From an uncultured Pseudomonadales bacterium (GTDB lineage Bacteria; Patescibacteriota; Microgenomatia; UBA1400; PJMF01): a DNA stretch of 64,000 nt. Below are positions 27,157 through 37,339 of the stretch, piece by piece. A model generated the notes under the pieces. The model searched no databases, was not told where the DNA came from, and was given only the letters and a program-made list of their open reading frames with translations. The position numbers and the translations under genes are program-made. The number at the start of each line of letters is the position of its first letter. Position 1 is the stretch's first letter. The stretch covers positions 9,440 to 73,439 of the forward strand of contig CAZMXT010000001.1 of NCBI GenBank assembly GCA_964570365.1, read 5' to 3'.

Positions 27157-28260
27157 TTATAAGAATTCTTTTTTGCCTTCTTCCTTGAGGCGTTCCACCA
27201 TTTTTTTGACGTCTTGGCTGCGGGCTTTTGGAGCAATCAGTAAGATTTCGTCAGTATCAACAATAATCATATCATTTAAACCTATTAAACCTATGAGGCG
27301 ACCGTTTCCATGAATTAGATTACCATGGGAGTTTAGAGCTATGGTATTGTCAGTCTCCCCATCTCCGACGACCACATTTCCCTGATGGTCTTTCTTGCCT
27401 AAGTCGTACACCACTTTCCAATCACCGACGTCATTCCAACCAAAGTCACCTGGAATGAGCACTAAATTATTGGCCTTTTCTGAGATGGCGTAATCAATTG
27501 AAATAGCTGATGATTCAGCATAAATTTTTACTAGTTCCTGTTGAAAGTCACCATTGGCTAGTGTTGGAAGTTTTTCAGTCAGCTTATAAAGATCAGGCAT
27601 AAAAGCTTCGAAAGCTTGTTGGAGCGCCGTTGCTGACCAAACATACATATTGGCATTCCAAAAGTACCGTCCCGTGGAGAGGAAAGCTCGAGCAGTCGTT
27701 TCATTGGGTTTTTCAGTAAAACTATCTACCTTAAAGAGTGGCAACCCGGAGCTGGTGTTTTGTAAATGTTCCCCACTTTTAATATAGCCAAAAGCAGTAT
27801 CTGGTCTGGTAGGTGTAATCCCGACTGCAACCAAGTACTTGCCAGAGCTCGCAATTTGGACAGCGGCTTCCATGACTCTAGTAAACTCTGCTTCATCGCC
27901 AATTACATGGTCAGAAGCCCCATTCATGACTATTGCATCTGGATCTTTAGACATAGCAAAAAGAGCGCCCGTTAGCATGGCGAGAGCTGTATCTTTTTTT
28001 TCTGGCTCTGCAATCACATTCTCTTGAGAGATCTGTGGAAGCTGAGCTTTAATATCTTCTACATAGTTTTTATTCGTGACGACAATAATTCTCTCCCAAG
28101 GCACAATTTTGAGTAAGCGGCCAGCTGCAACCTGAACCATGCTATCTTTGCCCGTTAACTTGAGAAATTGCTTAGGGGTTTTGTTCCTCGACTTTGGCCA
28201 AAGTCTGGTCCCACCTCCACCTGCCAAGATTACTCCATATACGTGCGCTGTGTCGATCAT
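27157..28260 (-). CDS. manC: Mannose-1-phosphate guanylyltransferase (GDP-mannose pyrophosphorylase). The track ORF extends to 28278
   Basis: 'VILAGGGGTRLWPKSR' nucleotidyltransferase motif plus a C-terminal ManC-type domain. Confidence 0.85.
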   Translation of the reverse strand: MIDTAHVYGVILAGGGGTRLWPKSRNKTPKQFLKLTGKDSMVQVAAGRLLKIVPWERIIVVTNKNYVEDIKAQLPQISQENVIAEPEKKDTALAMLTGALFAMSKDPDAIVMNGASDHVIGDEAEFTRVMEAAVQIASSGKYLVAVGITPTRPDTAFGYIKSGEHLQNTSSGLPLFKVDSFTEKPNETTARAFLSTGRYFWNANMYVWSATALQQAFEAFMPDLYKLTEKLPTLANGDFQQELVKIYAESSAISIDYAISEKANNLVLIPGDFGWNDVGDWKVVYDLGKKDHQGNVVVGDGETDNTIALNSHGNLIHGNGRLIGLIGLNDMIIVDTDEILLIAPKARSQDVKKMVERLKEEGKKEFL

Positions 28261-29405
28261 AACTTCCTTTCTTTCCATGCCCTCTCTACTGCTTGCTTAA
28301 ACTGAGCTTGAAACTGCTTTTTTGTGTACTTCGCGCTGTTCTGCTGGATAGCTTCAATATCCCATCTAATTGTTTGACTTCGCTTTATTGCTTGACTCAA
28401 AGACTCAGGTGTTTGAGCTAGAAAGTGAACACCATGCTGACCATCTTCAATCAGCTCAGCGGCACCACTTTTTCCAAAAATAATCACTGGTTTGCCATAT
28501 GCTTGAGCTTCAATCGCCGTAATACCAAAGTCTTCTTCTCCAGGAGCCAGAAAGGCTTTGCAGCTGGTGTAGTATCCCCCAATATCACCTAATTGTACAG
28601 CTTCAGTAAAGATAACTTTAGAGACTGATCTCGCCTTGGAGGCTAACTTCTGGAGTCTCTTTAAATCTGGTCCTGCACCTACCACCACCAAGTTCCAGCC
28701 TTCTCTTTGGCAAACTTCTATCGCCAAGTCTATCCGTTTGTATGGAACTATACGCGCAATTATCAGGTAAAACTCATTCTTTTGAATCGCAAGAGCTTTA
28801 AGGCGCTGCGGCAACTCAGATGTTTTATCAATCTGCAACGAGACGGGGGGGTATATTACCTCAGCAGTTTGACGCTGATAATATTCTTCGCAGCGCTGTT
28901 TGACCAACTTGGAGATCGGAATTAGTGCATCTGGCCTGAGTGCCGCAGCCGTGTCCCACCACTGGAGATACTTAAAAACTAGCTGCCTGAGCCAACCTGT
29001 CAGCCAATCAGCTTGATACTCATCTCGATGACTCCAGAGATACCGAGTAGGGGTCAGCAAGTAACAAATATGAAGTTGCTGGGGCAAGCTTAAAATTCCT
29101 TTTGCCTCAGCACTGGTCACTGAAATAATAATGTCAAAGTTTTTTAAGTTGTGCGACTCAAAAGCTATAGGCATTAAAGCTGCTAAAAGACGATGGCGTT
29201 GTTTTGCCCAGGGTATTTTCTGTAAAAAACTCGGCTTTACCTGAAAGGAATTTGCCCACTGAGCAGCTTGAGCGTCATGTAGAGCCGTAAAAAGTGGCGC
29301 TTTAGGAAAAAGCTCGTGCAGGGCAAGCAAAATATTCTCAGCTCCACCGTATCGAGTATTAACTCGGTCATAGACCAGGGCGACTGTAGGGGGGGAACTT
29401 GGCAT
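28257..29405 (-). CDS. GT4-family glycosyltransferase
   Basis: C-terminal GT-B retaining-type motif region 'EDFGITAIEAQAYGKPVI'. 382 aa. Confidence 0.85.
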   Translation of the reverse strand: MPSSPPTVALVYDRVNTRYGGAENILLALHELFPKAPLFTALHDAQAAQWANSFQVKPSFLQKIPWAKQRHRLLAALMPIAFESHNLKNFDIIISVTSAEAKGILSLPQQLHICYLLTPTRYLWSHRDEYQADWLTGWLRQLVFKYLQWWDTAAALRPDALIPISKLVKQRCEEYYQRQTAEVIYPPVSLQIDKTSELPQRLKALAIQKNEFYLIIARIVPYKRIDLAIEVCQREGWNLVVVGAGPDLKRLQKLASKARSVSKVIFTEAVQLGDIGGYYTSCKAFLAPGEEDFGITAIEAQAYGKPVIIFGKSGAAELIEDGQHGVHFLAQTPESLSQAIKRSQTIRWDIEAIQQNSAKYTKKQFQAQFKQAVERAWKERKL

Positions 29406-29413
29406 AAGAAAGA

Positions 29414-30550
29414 TTATGCGAGTAGCTGCTGGTAGGCAGCTAGGGTTTGCTCAACCATTTTGGACCAGCTATATTGAGCAGCAACTTTTTTTCCACTCAA
29501 GATTAACTTTTGCCTATCCAGAACAACTAAACTTTTTACAGCTTTAATTAAGGATTCTGTAGACTTTGGGTCAAAGAATATGGCAGCATCTTGGTAAATT
29601 TCTTCAAAGATCGGGATTCTAGAAGCCAAAACTGGCACACCCGAGGCCATGGCTTCTATTCCAGTCAAGCCAAATCCTTCAGAAAGAGAAGGCTGAACCA
29701 GGGCCGTCACGTTGGGAAAAACTTCCGCCAGCTCTGAGTCGCTTAAATGACCCAGGAAAAAAACCCGCCTACTTAAGCCTTTTTCGCTGACATACTTTTC
29801 CACTTCTTCCTGAAATACATTCCTACTGCCAACCAACATCAGTGTATAACCAGATAGTTGGTGGAGCGCATCAATGACTAAACGAATGTTTTTATGAGGG
29901 TAAAGAGATCCAACGTATAAGATATTTTTTCCTTTTTTCAGACCTCTCAGGGAAGCTTGAGAACGACCAACAAGGAAAATGTCAGTGTCTACGCCTTCTG
30001 GAGTCACAATAATTTTTCTCTTGGCAACTGGATATTGTTTGCCAACTGTTTTGCGAATAGTCTCAGCAGGTACTAAAACAGTTTGGGCTCGACTAATGGC
30101 TGAATTTACCGTGTACCGATATAGTCCATACTTCAGCCTATACTTCCAAGCAGGCAAGGTTGTAACGTGATTTCCTTTATACTCGTGCCACAACAAGTCG
30201 TGAATCGTAATGATCATTTTGCCGCGGTAAAAAATTGGGACATTAAAGTGTGGCACATGAAGCAAGTCAAGTTTTTTTTGACCAAAAACCCGAGGCAAAA
30301 GTAACTGTTCTTGTACTGTGTAGTGCCGAACTGGCACATACACCAGCTCAACATTTTTTTGCTTCCAACCAGAAATTTCTGCTGCTTGCTCCGCATCATG
30401 GAAAAAGTAGATCCAGTCAATCTCGGGAGCCAACGCTGGCAGCCGTGAGATCAAGTTCTCCACATACCGCCCTATTCCAGCATGACGTTGGCCAGCCAAG
30501 CGGCAATCAACTCCAATACGCTGGCGGCGCGAAGTTTTGTGAGGAGTCAC
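29414..30550 (-). CDS. GT4-family glycosyltransferase
   Basis: 'SEGFGLTGIEAMASGVPVLAS' E-x7-E GT4 motif. Confidence 0.85.
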   Translation of the reverse strand: MTPHKTSRRQRIGVDCRLAGQRHAGIGRYVENLISRLPALAPEIDWIYFFHDAEQAAEISGWKQKNVELVYVPVRHYTVQEQLLLPRVFGQKKLDLLHVPHFNVPIFYRGKMIITIHDLLWHEYKGNHVTTLPAWKYRLKYGLYRYTVNSAISRAQTVLVPAETIRKTVGKQYPVAKRKIIVTPEGVDTDIFLVGRSQASLRGLKKGKNILYVGSLYPHKNIRLVIDALHQLSGYTLMLVGSRNVFQEEVEKYVSEKGLSRRVFFLGHLSDSELAEVFPNVTALVQPSLSEGFGLTGIEAMASGVPVLASRIPIFEEIYQDAAIFFDPKSTESLIKAVKSLVVLDRQKLILSGKKVAAQYSWSKMVEQTLAAYQQLLA

Positions 30551-31024
30551 TTACTTTCGCTTTGATGCAGATTTCTTCACTTTACTGGTTTGCTTCATCT
30601 TTTCTGCCAATAAGCCAATGCTTTTTGGTGAAGTGACTTCTATCACCTCGTCGCAACCACAATCACAGCTTCCGTGGTCACTGCACTCGCAACCTTCACA
30701 GTCAGTGCAACATACTACATCCGTTGACAGAGCAGCTAACTGCTTCTCTAAGTTTCGTACTTTCAACATTCTTAAGAAATTGCCAGCCATCGAAAATAGA
30801 AAGAATCCAACTCCAATTACAAAAGAAGCTACAGGAATGTACTCAAGAACTTTTGGCGCCTCAGTCAATTGCTGGTTTGCAAAGACGTACTGAAACAACA
30901 AGTTTGGTAAAAAGACAGAAAGGAAGAGCGAAAATATAAAGACTGCAACAGACTCTACTGCGTAAATCATCTTTTCTTGACGAAGTTGCTCAATTTGAAA
31001 TTGAAGTGATGTGCGATTGGTCAT
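30551..31024 (-). CDS. Small membrane protein with two TM helices and a Cys-rich acidic C-terminal tail
   Basis: 157 aa with hydrophobic segments 'VAVFIFSLFLSVFLPNLLF' and 'VASFVIGVGFFLFSM'. Tail 'VVCCTDCEGCECSDHGSCDCGCDE' holds 10 Cys in 22 residues. Confidence 0.5.
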   Translation of the reverse strand: MTNRTSLQFQIEQLRQEKMIYAVESVAVFIFSLFLSVFLPNLLFQYVFANQQLTEAPKVLEYIPVASFVIGVGFFLFSMAGNFLRMLKVRNLEKQLAALSTDVVCCTDCEGCECSDHGSCDCGCDEVIEVTSPKSIGLLAEKMKQTSKVKKSASKRK

Positions 31025-31896
31025 ATGGACCCTCCCTTTGTTTTTAAGTGAACAAATAATTTTATTCCCTGCCGAAGCAGTTCTGGATACTTTGTTCGAT
31101 AATACTTATCATAGTATTGTAGCATCGTCAGGTAAAAATAACGGGAAGTTTTTTCCGCAGTTTTTTGATCCCCACTTGCCATTCCAGACTGATACTTATG
31201 GTGAAGAATTTTTACTGCTGGAAAGAAAATAACTGAGTAGCCTTTTTCTCGAAATCTCCTGCACCAATCAAGATCTTCTGCATACATAAAAAAAGACTCA
31301 TCTAAGTATCCCACCTCTTTCATCGCACTACTTCTGACTACCATGGCAGCACCACTACAAGCATCTATCGCATGAGTTTGAGTTATGTCTTGATACGTTT
31401 GGTGGTATTGAGCCAAGAATTTACTTTTAGGCAGTGATTTGGCTAAACCACTAAAGTAGCAAAAAGAAGCCCAAGGAGTAGGCTCTCCTCGGTGACTCGC
31501 CGGATCAAGCTCACCAGTATTCAGCTCCAAACGAGGGGTTAGTACAGCAACTTGAGAATTTTTATCTAAGTACTCAATTACTATATCTAACTGAGAATCA
31601 GCAGTGAACTCGGTATCAGAGTTTAGTAGCATCACATACCGGCTCTCAGCCTGTCTCAGTGCCAGATTATTGCCATCAGCGAAACCATTGTTCTGTTTTG
31701 CTTCAATAATCTTCACCCATGGAAACGCTTTTTTTATGCTGTGGACTGAATCGTCTGTGCTGGCATTATCGACCATGATGACTTCCACTTTGTACGCTGT
31801 GGAACTAAGATAATTCTTTTGAATAGATTGCAGCAGTTGCAGCATCAACACTCGGGTGTTGTAGTTCAAGATAACTATGCTTAAGTCTAGCTTCAT
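31021..31896 (-). CDS. GT2-family glycosyltransferase
   Basis: 'LSIVILNYNT...VIMVDNASTDDS' GT-A DxD-type N-terminal region. Confidence 0.85.
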   Translation of the reverse strand: MKLDLSIVILNYNTRVLMLQLLQSIQKNYLSSTAYKVEVIMVDNASTDDSVHSIKKAFPWVKIIEAKQNNGFADGNNLALRQAESRYVMLLNSDTEFTADSQLDIVIEYLDKNSQVAVLTPRLELNTGELDPASHRGEPTPWASFCYFSGLAKSLPKSKFLAQYHQTYQDITQTHAIDACSGAAMVVRSSAMKEVGYLDESFFMYAEDLDWCRRFREKGYSVIFFPAVKILHHKYQSGMASGDQKTAEKTSRYFYLTMLQYYDKYYRTKYPELLRQGIKLFVHLKTKGGSI

Positions 31897-31897
31897 A

Positions 31898-33112
31898 TTA
31901 GGGAGTATTTTTCTTAGCTTGGATTGCTAGATCATCGTAAATGCTGTCCAGCTTCTCAGCAATCAGACCCCAGTCGTATTGAGTTTTGACAAATTTTTTA
32001 CCTTTTTCAGCCAGTCGTTCTTGAAGCTGAGGGTCTAGCAATACTTCTACCACCAACTCTGCAATCTCTTCAGCAGTATTCCCAATCAATACTTCTTTGG
32101 CATGCTGCACCCCCAGCCCTTCTACTGCCAGCTGCGAAGCAACAATCGGTGTCCCTGAAGCCATCGCCTCCAGAATTTTATATCGAGTTCCTTTCCCACT
32201 AAACACGGGAGCTACTAAGACATGTGCATTGGTAAAGGCATCGCGAATATCGGGGATGCCCCCGGTAATCGTAATTGAAGTATCCTTTTTTTGAAAGTTA
32301 AAGATCTCTGAAGTAGGAGCATTTCCGACAATCCAAAGCTTCGTTTGGGGTAATTTTTGTTTAACAATTGGCCAAACTTTCTCAACTAAGAACTTGACTG
32401 CTTCTACATTGGGCAACCAGTTAAATGTGCCAACCGATAGAATCGTCAAATCAGCTGGAACTTTGCGCTTCTTTTCTTCAAACCAGCCCACATCTACACC
32501 GTTTGAGACAACCGCAATTTTCTGCGGATCCTGGACTGTTTGATTAATATACTCTTTATCCTCTTGGCTCATCGTAATCAGCTTGGTACAACTTCTCCAG
32601 TAATACTCTTCCCATTGTCGGATCTTGCGAATGTCCAACTTTAACAACCAACGAATAGGTGCCAACTTTACTTTGTCGGTGTAGCTTTCATATCCGAGAT
32701 ACTCAATCGTCTGCTCTACCAAGATAATCGGAATTTCAGTCTTAGGAATGTTGGGCATCATGTAAAATGTTTCGGCATGAATCAAGTCATACTTGGTACT
32801 CTTTAATTCTTTTTCGACTGCCCGAATTGTTTCTGGAACGTGATTCCGAATAACCAAAAAGGGGAATGAGGAAAAGCCTGTTTGAAGAATATTTCTCAAA
32901 GTAAAAGGCTTTTTAGAACGTTTGAAAACCCTCACTTTGGCACAGTATTTTTCCAGCTCGGAAATATGCTGCCTCTCACTTTCTTCTTTAATTAAAGCAA
33001 AGAGGGTCACTTCATATTTTTGCGCCAACTTTTTTAGCAAGTTGTAGGTCCGAATTTGCCCCCCAGAAAGCAAGGGATACGGTAGATACGGCGTCAGCAT
33101 TAAAATTTTCAT
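31898..33112 (-). CDS. GT4-family glycosyltransferase
   Basis: 'MKILMLTPYLPYPLLSGGQ' N-terminus and 'GKGTRYKILEAMASGTPIVAS' C-terminal motif. Confidence 0.85.
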   Translation of the reverse strand: MKILMLTPYLPYPLLSGGQIRTYNLLKKLAQKYEVTLFALIKEESERQHISELEKYCAKVRVFKRSKKPFTLRNILQTGFSSFPFLVIRNHVPETIRAVEKELKSTKYDLIHAETFYMMPNIPKTEIPIILVEQTIEYLGYESYTDKVKLAPIRWLLKLDIRKIRQWEEYYWRSCTKLITMSQEDKEYINQTVQDPQKIAVVSNGVDVGWFEEKKRKVPADLTILSVGTFNWLPNVEAVKFLVEKVWPIVKQKLPQTKLWIVGNAPTSEIFNFQKKDTSITITGGIPDIRDAFTNAHVLVAPVFSGKGTRYKILEAMASGTPIVASQLAVEGLGVQHAKEVLIGNTAEEIAELVVEVLLDPQLQERLAEKGKKFVKTQYDWGLIAEKLDSIYDDLAIQAKKNTP

Positions 33113-33133
33113 AATTGAGAAATTTTAGCAGCT

Positions 33134-34582
33134 CTACTGCAGTTTTATAATGATGTGGTTACTCGTTTTTTCTAAAACTTGATACTTCTTTTCTAACTCT
33201 CGCGCTTCGTCATCATAGGCTGTGCTAACGTAGTACTCAGCACCCTTAGCGATTTTGTCCTCTATATCAAAACCTATGGGCCAACCAGTCCGATTCGTTT
33301 GAAAAAGAAATGCAGTGTCCCCAAATGCCGGTGCAATCACTTTTGCATCTAGAGGAAGTAGCTGATCAACAGCCTGACCAGCAGTTTCCCAATCAAGTCT
33401 AGTTCCATAGTACCCACGAACCTGGCGATCACTGAACCAGACCATAACTCCAACAAAAAAAATGATGAGCGAGAGACTGGTGACCACTCCTTTTTGTCCC
33501 CACTTCAAGCCTTGCTGATAGGTCAACCAAACTCCCCTGCCAATACTTAAACAAATGATGGGTAAGACAAACACCTGATAGTAATCGTGCCGCACATTTC
33601 CGGTGGCAATCACGATAAAGTAGGCCAAAATACCGAGCCACCAACTCAGATACGGAATCCACTCTTTAGCCTTGACGATCCAATCAGCCCGAGATTTAAA
33701 AGTAAGCGGTGGAAGCAAACCCATTGCTAATAACTCCAACCCAGTGACTCCCAAAATTAGCTTGGTCAACCTTTCCCAAATTAGCCAACGAAACCAAGCA
33801 GGCCGCAAACGAATTCCATCCCCATTAAATAACCAGTCTGAGGCCGGAATTCCAGACGGGAACTGCAAGATCCAGTGACGCCAAGCGTATAAAGGTACGA
33901 CAGCCAAAACACCAAACAATACCAGCTCGATATGCTTAATAGACCTCCAGCCAAACTCTCGAAGCGTCATCACTGCAAAGACTGGCACTAAAAAAAGTCC
34001 AAATGGCTTCAACAGTAACGCCAGTGACATGGTGATTAAAGACAGCAAGTAGTACGCCCAACTTCTCTTCCGCAACCAAACTTGAAAAAATGCCACAGAC
34101 GCCGTAATAAAACAGAGAAAAGCTGGCTCTGGTAGAACTACGCGTGAGTAAAAAATTGAGTACGGCAAAATGGCAAACGCTAAAGCAGCGAGTAAACCCA
34201 CTGCCTCACCCGACCACTCTTTCCCAATCCAGTAAATAGCCAGCAAAGTTCCTAATGAGAAGAGTACGGAGACCAAGCGAGAAAATACAACCAGATCAAG
34301 GAAAGGCAGTGCTCTTACTGCGTAAGCAATCACCCCATTGATCAGCGGAAACTCCACCATCCGATAGCCTGCTAAGTTATCTTTCCCTGACTGAATATTC
34401 GACAGATCATGGTAGTGAGGATGCAGGAAATCCACGCCATGCTTGACATACTCACGGGTCACTGACGCAGTGTCTGCCTGCCGAAATGCATGCCAATCAG
34501 TGGCAGAATTTTGGAGACCACGAGTGCGCAGAGCAATGGCCAGGAGGAAAATAAGGGCTAAAAAAGCGACCTTCATCTTCAT
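33134..34582 (-). CDS. GT-C fold membrane glycosyltransferase, ArnT/PMT-like (GT39/GT83-type)
   Basis: Polytopic 482-aa protein. An N-terminal TM helix is followed by a first-loop acidic motif region ('FRQADTASV') and 'VEFPLINGVIAY'-type ArnT-like segments. Confidence 0.55.
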   Translation of the reverse strand: MKMKVAFLALIFLLAIALRTRGLQNSATDWHAFRQADTASVTREYVKHGVDFLHPHYHDLSNIQSGKDNLAGYRMVEFPLINGVIAYAVRALPFLDLVVFSRLVSVLFSLGTLLAIYWIGKEWSGEAVGLLAALAFAILPYSIFYSRVVLPEPAFLCFITASVAFFQVWLRKRSWAYYLLSLITMSLALLLKPFGLFLVPVFAVMTLREFGWRSIKHIELVLFGVLAVVPLYAWRHWILQFPSGIPASDWLFNGDGIRLRPAWFRWLIWERLTKLILGVTGLELLAMGLLPPLTFKSRADWIVKAKEWIPYLSWWLGILAYFIVIATGNVRHDYYQVFVLPIICLSIGRGVWLTYQQGLKWGQKGVVTSLSLIIFFVGVMVWFSDRQVRGYYGTRLDWETAGQAVDQLLPLDAKVIAPAFGDTAFLFQTNRTGWPIGFDIEDKIAKGAEYYVSTAYDDEARELEKKYQVLEKTSNHIIIKLQ

Positions 34583-36357
34583 TTGGTCTTTTTTCTGGGC
34601 TGTGGTACATCAAGGGACGTCTTTACCTCTCTCACCCCAGTTCCCTTTTTCTGCTGATCTAATGCAAGGTAGCCAAAGAATACCCCAGCCAAAGCCCAGT
34701 ACGTTTGCGCCACCTTTGAAGCTGCAAAGACATCGATATAGACTGCATTCAAGAGTAACCCAATGCTGCCACAGAACATACCAACACTAAATGCGCTGCA
34801 CAACCAATCTTTGCTCGTAATATTGCGTACTGCAAAGAATAAGATCAGCACTACTGCTCCGTAGAAACTCACAAATCCTAGGATTCCTGTTTCCCCCAAA
34901 GTTCTTAAGAAGTTATTGTCTGTACTATCAGCCTCTGTAAATTGCTCAATACTTTCTTTGGTTAAAGTGGCGTAACCGCTCCCTGTAATAGGATTAGTTA
35001 AGAAGCCTTCCATTGCCCGAGGCCAGAGCGTTTCTTGTCTGATGCAGAGTGATAACTCTTTTTTCAATGCACACTCTGAGTAGACACGCTTGCGTTTCTG
35101 TTGGATCATCACTGTCTCCCCCGTCGCAGACACAGTTGCAACTTCAATTAGATCTGGCACATCTACATAGACACCAGCTGGTAAGACACTTGGAGCAGGT
35201 GTGGGTTTGGGTGGTGCGGTTGGATTAATTGGACTGGGAGGTTGGTCACTTTTACTGGCCACTTCCTGGGCTGCTGCAGCGGCTGCCGCAACGTCATCAG
35301 TTGAGATGCCAGTCTGGGGAGGGCGACTTTTTGGCAATGCTGCGTTCAACTCTTCTGTGGTGGGCAACATTGAGAGCCATGAGTCAGGCAAGATCATTTT
35401 CCGTTGAGAATCAAACTCAGTGATAATTTGATTAGTGATGGGATTACTCTTGGCCACAAAGCTTAAGCGCTCAATCATGTCTGCCCCAAAGTAATAGAAA
35501 ATGAACGTCAACATCACCATCAGGAGTACGGTACGCGTCACTACAAAACGGATTCGCTCTAGCCAATTCTTTTGAAGTAGACCCGTTATACCAATCACCA
35601 GTAGCACTGCCGCAAAGTAGGCTGCAAACGGGGTCCTGGAAGCACTCAGAATCAGCAACCACGTGCCAACCCAGAAAATAAGGTGGAGGACCAAGCTCAC
35701 TCTGCGGCGCTTTACCCGGTAAGCAAGTGCCAAAATTAGGGGCAAAGTAATCACTAAAAAGGCAGACATGTCATAGTGTCCAGCAAAAGTGGACTGCACT
35801 CTGGCGTGTTCAGTTAAATAGAGACGAATTCCTTTGCTAAACTCACGATTCATCGTGGAGTACACCGGCCAGAAATAATAACGTTGTCCATACCCGTATA
35901 AAGAAACTGCCAAGACCGTAAAGCTAAAGATCCCCAAAGCCAGCACCACCTGACTGCGTTTCTTAATCGCAGAAAACAAAATAAAGAAAAGTGAAAAGTA
36001 CTCTAAGTAGCGGAAGTAATGAAGAAAAGTCTTTCCCACATGCAGTGGCTCGAGAGGTACTGTCTTAATCACAAACATTGCCACTAAACTGGAAACCAAG
36101 CCCACCACTCCGTAGGCAGCAACCACCCAAAACATGGGCGAGCGCCAGGCTACTTTGCGACGAAGCACTTGCACCAGCCAGATTCCTACAGCCAGTAAAA
36201 TAAAAATATCCTCTAAACGGACTCTGACAATATACTGTTCAATTGGACTCCAAAGGGGAATTTTGGGGTACAGCGGAACAAAAGCAAGCAAAAAAGTACC
36301 TAATAGGATTAAGATATTCTCGTCCAACCAGGTAAGGAATCGGGAGAAAGATTTCAT
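34579..36357 (-). CDS. O-antigen ligase / Wzy-like polymerase family membrane protein with a Pro/Ala-rich extracytoplasmic insertion
   Basis: About 10 TM helices. C-terminal 'NNFLRTLGETGILGF' matches the Wzy_C/O-antigen-ligase motif. Insert 'PPSPINPTAPPKPTPAPSV'. Confidence 0.6.
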   Translation of the reverse strand: MKSFSRFLTWLDENILILLGTFLLAFVPLYPKIPLWSPIEQYIVRVRLEDIFILLAVGIWLVQVLRRKVAWRSPMFWVVAAYGVVGLVSSLVAMFVIKTVPLEPLHVGKTFLHYFRYLEYFSLFFILFSAIKKRSQVVLALGIFSFTVLAVSLYGYGQRYYFWPVYSTMNREFSKGIRLYLTEHARVQSTFAGHYDMSAFLVITLPLILALAYRVKRRRVSLVLHLIFWVGTWLLILSASRTPFAAYFAAVLLVIGITGLLQKNWLERIRFVVTRTVLLMVMLTFIFYYFGADMIERLSFVAKSNPITNQIITEFDSQRKMILPDSWLSMLPTTEELNAALPKSRPPQTGISTDDVAAAAAAAQEVASKSDQPPSPINPTAPPKPTPAPSVLPAGVYVDVPDLIEVATVSATGETVMIQQKRKRVYSECALKKELSLCIRQETLWPRAMEGFLTNPITGSGYATLTKESIEQFTEADSTDNNFLRTLGETGILGFVSFYGAVVLILFFAVRNITSKDWLCSAFSVGMFCGSIGLLLNAVYIDVFAASKVAQTYWALAGVFFGYLALDQQKKGTGVREVKTSLDVPQPRKKTK

Positions 36358-36358
36358 A

Positions 36359-37336
36359 TTAAATACTTTTCAGTAAGTGACGATATGGCTCAGCTCTTTT
36401 CGCATCTCGGAATATTGTACCAAATAAGAGGACACGAAGTAATGCTCCAGCTCGTAAGATCACTTTAACCAGTGGCCTTTGCCAGAGTGGTTTATGCTTT
36501 GCCCAGATATATACGTATCCTTTGAACTCATTAATAATCGCATTGGCAGAAGATGAACTAGCACTTTTCAAGTGAATCACTGCTGAGCTGGGGTCAATTG
36601 CCACGTCCCAGTGATGATCTTTAGCTCGCATACAAAACTCAATATCCTCTCCATACATAAAGATATTTTCATCGAGAAACCCAATTTCACCCAACATCAG
36701 ACGCCGAATCATAACTGCGGTAGCTCCCACCCAATCACTTTGAATTAGCAGTCGATCATTGCCTCTGCTAATAGCGTGGCGGCCAGTGTGCTGAGTTGCT
36801 GGTAGCCAACTTAGACCTGGCAGGTCATCAAGCAAGCTCATATGAATCGAAAGCGATAACAAAGTTGGAAAAGAACCGCCTTGTGGCTGGGGTGACTTAT
36901 CCGGGTTCAGTAATGAGGCTGCTAGGATGCCGAGTCTGTCGAGCTGGCCTTTGGCCGATTCCAAATTAGCCGTCACTTCATTCACAGGATTGGCTTGAAA
37001 GCTTTTTACTAAGTTAGTCAATGAATTAGGCTGAACAATTGTGTCTGAGTTCAGCAGCAAAATATACTCGCCGTCAGATTTCTTGATTGCTTTATTGTTG
37101 GCTTTTGCAAACCCAACATTCTCAGCATTTTGCAGAAAGTGAAGTAAAGGTGAGTGCTTTTTTTCCAGCTCCTGGATCATTTCCGCTGACCCATCACTTG
37201 AATCGTTATCCACTACCCAAATGTCAGTCTGCCCTTTAAGCAATGCTGAACTCTCGATTTCTGCGAACACTGAGCGTAAAGTTTGCTCAGTCAAAACTTT
37301 GGTGTTGTAGGAAATGACGACAATGGATAGAAGCAT
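36359..37336 (-). CDS. GT2-family glycosyltransferase
   Basis: 'LSIVVISYNT...WVVDNDSSDGS' motif. Confidence 0.85.
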   Translation of the reverse strand: MLLSIVVISYNTKVLTEQTLRSVFAEIESSALLKGQTDIWVVDNDSSDGSAEMIQELEKKHSPLLHFLQNAENVGFAKANNKAIKKSDGEYILLLNSDTIVQPNSLTNLVKSFQANPVNEVTANLESAKGQLDRLGILAASLLNPDKSPQPQGGSFPTLLSLSIHMSLLDDLPGLSWLPATQHTGRHAISRGNDRLLIQSDWVGATAVMIRRLMLGEIGFLDENIFMYGEDIEFCMRAKDHHWDVAIDPSSAVIHLKSASSSSANAIINEFKGYVYIWAKHKPLWQRPLVKVILRAGALLRVLLFGTIFRDAKRAEPYRHLLKSI

Positions 37337-37339
37337 AAA

